Shown piece after piece: positions 8,546 to 14,655 of a DNA stretch of 25,081 bases. The first letter of the stretch is position 1. The number at the start of each line of letters is the position of its first letter. The stretch spans positions 1-25,081 of the forward strand of contig JALEHC010000221.1 in the NCBI GenBank assembly GCA_022763215.1, written 5' to 3'. The notes under the pieces are model-generated. The model saw only the letters and a program-made list of their open reading frames with translations, was not told the origin of the DNA and did no database searches. The DNA comes from Saprospiraceae bacterium. GTDB taxonomy: Bacteria > Bacteroidota > Bacteroidia > Chitinophagales > Saprospiraceae. A program made the position numbers and the translations under genes.

Positions 8546-9349
8546 TTAAACATTTGGTTTGTTCAGGGAAACACTATTGTTACTTTGGTTTTCAAATACT
8601 TCTTCGATGTCCCATTTTTCAGAAAAAGGTTTATCGATTGTTTTAGGGCCCGCAAAATTGTAAAGCAAACCACCTCCGGCCAGCAAAATGATGATCGGAA
8701 GACAACCGCTCATGGAAGCACCTGCCGATCCGCCGGCAAATAAGGGAAATAAGATTGCTGCTGCAAAAGCTTGTTTAATCATAGCGAACAATAAAGCGAT
8801 TCCCAGGCCAATACCAATTATGGTAGCCGCACCACCAATTAATTTGCCAAATAGACCAAAATCGTTCAGTATCGTAATTTTTGTAACTGAGGTACGCGGC
8901 AGGTAGGATTTGTCTTTGAAAAATACATATTCCTGACTGATATGTTGCAAACGTCCCTTTTTGAAGTGATTTTCTCCATCCTTTCTATAATCTGCCCTAA
9001 TTCTGATCCCTTTTTTAACGATTCTTTTTAGCCTTCTTTTTTTGAGTTTGAAAATCCACTTTCGCAAACCCTTTGGAGCTTTCATTTGCTTTTCGAGTTG
9101 AGCCATAATTTCTTCATGACTCGTTGTGGCTCTCTTAAAGGATTGTAAATCTTGTAATGGAATTTGGTGAAGTTCAGAGGAAGTGGTACTACATCTGATA
9201 TAGAAAAGAGATTCGCCTGCGATGGAATCGAAGCGGATATTAATCTTGCTTCCATCTTTAAGGAATAGGGTACTGCAATCAGAGACGTTTTGTGCTTGGA
9301 CTGATAAATAGAAAAATACCAGAATACTGCTTGTGATTAAATTTTTCAT
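8546..9349 (-). CDS. Secreted/membrane-anchored protein of unknown function. It has a signal peptide, two small KDG-containing beta modules, a polybasic amphipathic segment and a C-terminal glycine-zipper TM pair.
   Basis: ATG at 9349 (complement). The signal peptide is MKNLITSSILVFFYLSVQAQ. Two related ~45-aa modules are present (FLKDGSKINIRFDSIAGESLFY... and DYRKDGENHFKKGRLQHISQEYVFF...). The highly cationic stretch is RKWIFKLKKRRLKRIVKKGIRIR. The Gly/Ala-rich TM helices are GGAATIIGIGLGIALLF and LFAGGSAGASMSGCLPIIILLAGGGLL. Confidence 0.6.
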   Translation of the reverse strand: MKNLITSSILVFFYLSVQAQNVSDCSTLFLKDGSKINIRFDSIAGESLFYIRCSTTSSELHQIPLQDLQSFKRATTSHEEIMAQLEKQMKAPKGLRKWIFKLKKRRLKRIVKKGIRIRADYRKDGENHFKKGRLQHISQEYVFFKDKSYLPRTSVTKITILNDFGLFGKLIGGAATIIGIGLGIALLFAMIKQAFAAAILFPLFAGGSAGASMSGCLPIIILLAGGGLLYNFAGPKTIDKPFSEKWDIEEVFENQSNNSVSLNKPNV

Positions 9350-9377
9350 ATGTAGGTTTTTTGGTTGATTGATACTT

Positions 9378-9385
9378 CAAAAGTA
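9378..9385 (-). promoter_or_regulatory. Candidate Bacteroidota sigma-A -7 element (TACTTTTG = TAnnTTTG) for the 9349-to-8013 operon.
   Basis: On the minus strand the motif TACTTTTG lies 28 nt upstream of the ATG. There is no Shine-Dalgarno sequence, as is typical of Bacteroidota. Confidence 0.3.
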
Positions 9386-10295
9386 TAGGGATGGGAGCGA
9401 AATAGTCAGGAAAATGATCATAGCAAAATATATAAAATACTTTAATGTCGATAATTTTAATGTCGAACTACGAATAGAAGGAAATAATGTTGTTAAATCT
9501 GATGGGGTGATAAGCTACTGATTTTTAAACTATTACATATTTGTGTTTATGTGGTTTCTCTATTTATATATAAAAAAATAACAAAGCGATTGAGCTGGAG
9601 TGAATTTGGCATAGTTTTTTCTATACTATGATTGACTGTTGGAAACATCCGATAAAGCTCGGATCGACACCGAACTAGAAAAAAGAATAAAAAACATATA
9701 AAAATTGTTTAATTTGATTTTTTGGCACGGTTTTTTCAATAGATAAAGTAGCAACAGAAAAGGAAAACAGCGTATATAAAAAGTACGAGAATTCCTGTTT
9801 TGTGCAACAAACATACTGAAGCCGAAAGGTTTCCAAACATACTACAGACGTTATAAAGGCGTCATTAATCGGTATCCAAAATAGGATGCCAATCAACTAT
9901 GAGCGATTACAACACTACACACATATGTGGATAAAGGAGAAGTAAGCGTACTATGAGAAAATAATTTTGCTTGCCTTCTCAACAGTGAATTTCCGTTTGC
10001 TGTTTTCTTCCACATCAATTGGCAGAAGCACCAAGAAATGCTTCATACAATCAGTAATAACCATTAAGTAAGGATTTAAGTAGATGATTTTGTGTCATTT
10101 AGTGTAGGATTTGCCGAAAGGCGAGCCACTAAAGACAGGGGAGAGGTATGTCTGATTGAACCGAAAAATACAGAATACTATAACGGATAGTGCCGATGGC
10201 ACAAGCGTCTAAGCATAACACCGCATAGCGGTGAACAGGATACGTATAACCAAAATTTCACACATATTTTTTAGTAATTTTAAACTACATCAAAA

Positions 10296-13200
10296 ATGAA
10301 AAACGTACTACTATCCCAGAATTGGGACCGAGAAAGCTTTGCTCCAAAGGAAGCAAACAACAACAAATTGGCAAACTGGTTGATTAAAGCAACACTTCTT
10401 TTTGCCTTACTTTTTAGCTCTTTGACAACAACTAACGCGCAATGTACCTTATTTTGTAATGGTACTTCGCAAACAACCGCTTTACCACTTTCTGTTAACA
10501 ACTCATGCGAGAGTGTAATTCTGGCGAGCCAACTGATCGATATGGATCAGACAGATTGCCCAGATGGAAAGCGACTGACCGTGAGAGACGAAATGAATAG
10601 TCAAATCGCGGAAGACATTGACCAAGTGGTATTTGATGCCACCGATTATATCGGCGAAGTGGTTAGTGTAACAGTGACCGACACAACTACCGGCTTATTT
10701 TGCGTAAGCTTCGTGGAAATCATTGACAATTTGCCTCCATCAGTAGACTGTCAGTCGGCTATGGTAAAATGTGTTGCAGACACAAGTGCAGCAGCAATTG
10801 GATTTCCAACGATTACAGACAATTGTGACAATGACGTGGTGCTAACCTATGTCGATAACATGGACGATCAGCCTTGTTTTGCACCGAATACACTTGTCAT
10901 CAATAGAGTGTGGACAGCCAGAGATGCTAGTAATAATGTAAGCACCTGTTCACAGACTATCTTAGTAGACCGTCCAAACTTAAATGAAATTGACTTTCCG
11001 GATGGGCTGGTACTGGATTGTGATAATGCAGATGTCGGATTGGATGTAACAGGGCAACCATCGATTACGGATGAAGTGATTGACAACAATGGCTTTTGTG
11101 ATTTGACCGTAACTTTTGCAGATGATACCTTATATACATGTGGAACGATAGAGTACGAGATTGTAAGAACATGGACGGTAGAAGATGATTGCTCTGATCA
11201 AACTGCTGTTTCTACACAAACAATTACAGTAACTGACCAGACCGCACCTGATATTACTTGCCCAGATAATGTGATGGTTCAGACTTTACCTGGCCAGTGT
11301 TATACTACGGTGACTTTACCAGAACCGACTTTGAGTGACAACTGTGACCCGAATGCAACCTTCTTAGTCAATACTTCGTATGGATCGGTTGGTACAGGAC
11401 CACACCCATTCGTACCGGTAGGAACGCATTCTGTACAGTATACTGGAGTTGATTTTTGTGGAAATGCAGTAGTGTGTACAATTGCCCTGAACGTAGTTGA
11501 TGATGAAGAACCGGTAGCTGTATGTAGTGACTTTACCGCTGTTTCGATTCCTTCTTCTGGGCTTGCAATGGTATCTGCGACTACTTTTGATGATGGAAGT
11601 AATGACAACTGTGCAACGGAGCTTTATTTTAAAGCTAAGAAGATGACAGATGGTACTTGTAATAACGCGAATGGTGATGACTCAAATGACCCTGGCAATC
11701 AGGAATGGTTTGATGATAGTGTGATCTTCTGCTGCGCAGAGACGGATACAGATGCACAAGTAATGATGCGTGTATATGAAATTGATCCGGGTGACGGACC
11801 AGTTGAACCAGGAAGAGAAGCACCAGGTGGAGATTTGTTTGGCCACTTTACAGAATGTATGGTAAATGTAAGCGTGCAGGATAAAATCAACCCAGTATTT
11901 ACCAACTGTCCGAATGATTTGACAATTACATGTACAGAAGATATTTCAGACTTGTCTGTTTTTGGAGTGGCACATATTGTAGACAATTGTTCTGCAACGC
12001 TAGATTCTACAGAAGTTATTGACATCAGTTCATGTGGTGAAGGAGCTATTACAAGAACCTTTACTGCGACGGATCAATCAGGTAACCAAACACAATGTGT
12101 ACAAACGATTAGCGTGATCAATGGTGATCCATTTGATGAGAATGATATTGTTTGGCCAGGCGACGTAACACTTGAGACATGTGGCGCAGGTACAGACCCA
12201 GAAGATTTGCCAGACGGTTTGCAGGAACCTCAGATATTGAGTGAAGATTGTACTATGGTTGCCTATAACTACGACGATCACTTGTTTGACATTGCCTTCC
12301 CGGCTTGTTACAAGATCTTGAGAACATGGACGGTCATCGACTGGTGCCAGTATGATCCAAATGATCCGGATGCAGAAGGACGATTTAGCGATGTACAAGT
12401 TATTAAAGTGGAAGATAATGAAGCACCGATAATGGATTGTCCAGATGATATAGTAGCGGCGGTTTCTACTAACTGCAACACAGGTACTGTAACACTTGAT
12501 CCACTAACAGCAGATGATTGTAACCCGAATGTATTGATTACGAACAATTCACCTTATGCAGATGCAGGTGGTGCGAATATCAGCGGTGAATATCCACTTG
12601 GACAAACGATAGTAACGATTACGGCTTCTGACAGATGTGGAAATACAACGACTTGCGAAGTCATGGTAACCGTAGAGGATTTGAGTGCACCTTCACCAGT
12701 ATGTATCGTGGGTATCTCAGCGAGCTTGGTCGAGATGAATGGCGAAATAATGGCAACGATTAATGCAGATGCCTTTGATGGCGGAAGTACTGATAATTGT
12801 ACATCACCAGAAGATTTGGATCTACTGATTCGGGTAGCGGGTGATGGACCAACAAATACGGCACCTACAACCTCACAACTTGTGTTTAACTGCGAAGATG
12901 TCGGGTCACAAGTGATCGAATTCTGGGCAGTCGATGAAGAAGGAAATGGTGATTTTTGTACGACTTATGTACTGATTCAGGATAATATGAACTTGTGTCC
13001 AGCTACGACAACAAGCGGTATGATAGCGGGTAGCATCAATACAGAAATGGGTGAAACAGTCGAAGATGTAATGGTGTACATCAACGCACCGGGCAACAAT
13101 CAGAGTATGACGAATATAGACGGTACATTTGAGTTCCTTGGTATTCCATTCGGATTTGATTATGCACTGGTACCTGAGAAAAATGACCAAGTAACGAACG

Positions 13201-14273
13201 GAGTGAATACACTGGATATGATCAAAATCTCGAGACATATTCTTGGCGTACAAAAATTGGATTCACCATACAAAATGATTGCTGCTGATGTGGATGGCTC
13301 TGGTAGCATCTCGGTTCTGGACCTAGTATACATGAGAAAGTTGATCTTGAATGTAAGCGAAAACTTCCCGAACAATACCAAATCATGGAAGTTTATCCCG
13401 GCTGACTATGAATTCACGGATGACACGAACCCATTTGCGGATGATTATCCAACAGCCTCTTCGATTGATGACTTTGATGTAAGCGAAATGTATACGGACT
13501 TTATTGGAGTGAAAATGGGAGATGTAGACAACTCAGCACAGCCAAATAGCTTGTTTGCACCAACGAACGACGATAACAGCAACAACTTAGTGATCAATAC
13601 AGAGAATACATATTTGCCGCAAGGCGAAGAAATAGAGGTACCATTTAGCGTAAGCGACATGCAAAATATCAATGGCTACCAGTTTACACTGAATGTTGAT
13701 CTTGATCAGGTAGAGATTGTAGAAGTTCTGGAAGGTGATTTGCCAGAGATGAATGAAGATAACTTCGGAATTGCGATGGAAGATGGCTGGATCACAACAA
13801 GCTGGAATGCAGCACCAGATGCAGAGTTGGCAGAAGATACGAGACTGTTTACACTGGTACTGAGAGCGAAAACGGACATTGAAGTGGCGAATGTGATCGA
13901 GTTGACATCGGATGTGACGGCTGCTGAAGCTTATGACACAGATGACAAGCAGAGCGGTGTTGATTTGAACTTTAGCCAGAATGTGACTGCAACGAACACG
14001 GTACAGGCAGAAGGCTACGAATTGTATCAGAATACGCCGAATCCGTTCCGCGATCAAACAACAATCGCCTTCGATTTGCCGGAAGCTGGGTATGCTGTAC
14101 TTACGATCTACAATGCGGCTGGAACGGAGCTATACAGAAAAGAAGGACAATATGCTGCCGGACGAAACAGCATTATGATCCAGAGACATGATTTGAATGC
14201 AAGCGGAGTAGTTTACTACAAGCTACAAACCAAGCAATTCGAAGCAACTAAGAAGATGGTAATCACAAAATAA
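10296..14273 (+). CDS. Large secreted T9SS type A cargo protein (1325 aa). Its domains in order are: multiple HYR/Ig-like modules, a CarbopepD-regulatory-like beta-sandwich, a dockerin-like module, a cohesin-like module, and a Por_Secre_tail CTD.
   Basis: ATG at 10296. The signal peptide has an unusually long n-region, with cleavage near NAQ/C at aa 48. HYR-type motifs recur (P.I.CP......C......P...DNCD ... G.H.V.YT..D..GN...C...V.V.D...P), along with RTWTV.D.C...QTI.V.D..AP signatures. The C-terminal YELYQNTPNPFRDQTTIAFDLPEAGYAVLTIYNAAGTELY...SGVVYYKL....ATKKMVITK matches the T9SS type A CTD. Confidence 0.9.
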   Translation: MKNVLLSQNWDRESFAPKEANNNKLANWLIKATLLFALLFSSLTTTNAQCTLFCNGTSQTTALPLSVNNSCESVILASQLIDMDQTDCPDGKRLTVRDEMNSQIAEDIDQVVFDATDYIGEVVSVTVTDTTTGLFCVSFVEIIDNLPPSVDCQSAMVKCVADTSAAAIGFPTITDNCDNDVVLTYVDNMDDQPCFAPNTLVINRVWTARDASNNVSTCSQTILVDRPNLNEIDFPDGLVLDCDNADVGLDVTGQPSITDEVIDNNGFCDLTVTFADDTLYTCGTIEYEIVRTWTVEDDCSDQTAVSTQTITVTDQTAPDITCPDNVMVQTLPGQCYTTVTLPEPTLSDNCDPNATFLVNTSYGSVGTGPHPFVPVGTHSVQYTGVDFCGNAVVCTIALNVVDDEEPVAVCSDFTAVSIPSSGLAMVSATTFDDGSNDNCATELYFKAKKMTDGTCNNANGDDSNDPGNQEWFDDSVIFCCAETDTDAQVMMRVYEIDPGDGPVEPGREAPGGDLFGHFTECMVNVSVQDKINPVFTNCPNDLTITCTEDISDLSVFGVAHIVDNCSATLDSTEVIDISSCGEGAITRTFTATDQSGNQTQCVQTISVINGDPFDENDIVWPGDVTLETCGAGTDPEDLPDGLQEPQILSEDCTMVAYNYDDHLFDIAFPACYKILRTWTVIDWCQYDPNDPDAEGRFSDVQVIKVEDNEAPIMDCPDDIVAAVSTNCNTGTVTLDPLTADDCNPNVLITNNSPYADAGGANISGEYPLGQTIVTITASDRCGNTTTCEVMVTVEDLSAPSPVCIVGISASLVEMNGEIMATINADAFDGGSTDNCTSPEDLDLLIRVAGDGPTNTAPTTSQLVFNCEDVGSQVIEFWAVDEEGNGDFCTTYVLIQDNMNLCPATTTSGMIAGSINTEMGETVEDVMVYINAPGNNQSMTNIDGTFEFLGIPFGFDYALVPEKNDQVTNGVNTLDMIKISRHILGVQKLDSPYKMIAADVDGSGSISVLDLVYMRKLILNVSENFPNNTKSWKFIPADYEFTDDTNPFADDYPTASSIDDFDVSEMYTDFIGVKMGDVDNSAQPNSLFAPTNDDNSNNLVINTENTYLPQGEEIEVPFSVSDMQNINGYQFTLNVDLDQVEIVEVLEGDLPEMNEDNFGIAMEDGWITTSWNAAPDAELAEDTRLFTLVLRAKTDIEVANVIELTSDVTAAEAYDTDDKQSGVDLNFSQNVTATNTVQAEGYELYQNTPNPFRDQTTIAFDLPEAGYAVLTIYNAAGTELYRKEGQYAAGRNSIMIQRHDLNASGVVYYKLQTKQFEATKKMVITK
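11247..11510 (+). other. HYR (hyalin-repeat) domain 1 of the 10296-14273 CDS.
   Basis: PDITCPDNVMVQTLPGQCYTTVTLPEPTLSDNCDPNATF...VGTHSVQYTGVDFCGNAVVCTIALNVVDDEEP. Confidence 0.6.
12423..12704 (+). other. HYR domain 2 of the 10296-14273 CDS.
   Basis: APIMDCPDDIVAAVSTNCNTGTVTLDPLTADDCNPNVLI...YPLGQTIVTITASDRCGNTTTCEVMVTVEDLSAP. Confidence 0.6.
13167..13349 (+). other. Dockerin-like module (two F-hand repeats) in the 10296-14273 CDS.
   Basis: KNDQVTNGVNTLDMIKISRHILGVQKLDSPYKMIAADVDGSGSISVLDLVYMRKLIL matches the type I dockerin duplicated segment D.N.DG.VN..D...L.RY.L. It is preceded by a CarbopepD_reg-like segment (GSINTEMGETVEDVMVYIN...TNIDGTFEF). Confidence 0.55.
13581..13973 (+). other. Cohesin-like module in the 10296-14273 CDS.
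   Basis: LVINTENTYLPQGEEIEVPFSVSDMQNINGYQFTLNVDLDQVEIVEV..GDLP....DNFGIAMEDGWITTSWNAAPD..L..DTRLFTLVLRAKTD...ANVIELTSD follows the same pattern as the three modules at 1-1332 (…NILGMQFS.NYDP..LEF.SV ... ITVSWIDN ... LFEICF). Confidence 0.45.
14013..14270 (+). other. T9SS type A C-terminal sorting domain (Por_Secre_tail, TIGR04183-like).
   Basis: YELYQNTPNPFRDQTTIAFDLPEAGYAVLTIYNAAGTELYRKEGQYAAGRNSIMIQRHDLNASGVVYYKLQTKQFEATKKMVITK. Confidence 0.85.
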
Positions 14274-14296
14274 ATATTGCTGAACACTGTTAATAA

Positions 14297-14330
14297 CAAT
14301 TTGAGAGGGCTTCCGAAAGGAAGCCCTTTT
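14297..14330 (+). terminator. Rho-independent terminator of the 10296-14273 gene.
   Basis: GGGCTTCC-GAAA-GGAAGCCC forms a perfect 8-bp stem with a GAAA tetraloop, followed by TTTTTTT. Confidence 0.8.
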
Positions 14331-14424
14331 TTTATATAAGTTAAGTGCTGGTGACTTAGCTAGCACTTTGTTAGGTAGGTATAAATTGATTTTTTTTCAA
14401 TGTAAGTGCAAAAACTTGGGGTGA

Positions 14425-14458
14425 GGTTGGCTTTTTGCCAATTTTGTGTGTAATTTTG
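14425..14458 (+). promoter_or_regulatory. Candidate Bacteroidota promoter for the 14656-17400 gene, with a -33 TTG, a 21-nt spacer and a -7 TAATTTTG.
   Basis: gaggTTGg, then 21 nt, then TAATTTTG, which is a perfect TAnnTTTG. This implies a 5' UTR of ~190 nt. Confidence 0.3.
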
Positions 14459-14655
14459 AAAGACAGGCCTTCGATACGCCCGTTTGTGTTTAGCGCCAGC
14501 TAAAAAACACAGGGCAAGCAATATTTTCTTCCACGTTGGCCCCCCAGTGTTCAGTACAAAAAACAGATATGGCTACAGTCATGTCCTGTAATCCGCATAT
14601 GAACACGAAACTCAATTTGAATTATTAATACGAAGAACTAAACAAATCAGCTGTC

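Noticed and set aside
11300-14057. Minus-strand ORFs of 100-156 aa inside the 10296-14273 cargo gene, plus ORFs at 14694-15104, 15052-15456, 15703-16017 and 16566-16895 inside its paralog.
   Set aside because: They are antisense shadow ORFs within well-supported long CDSs. No domains are recognisable.
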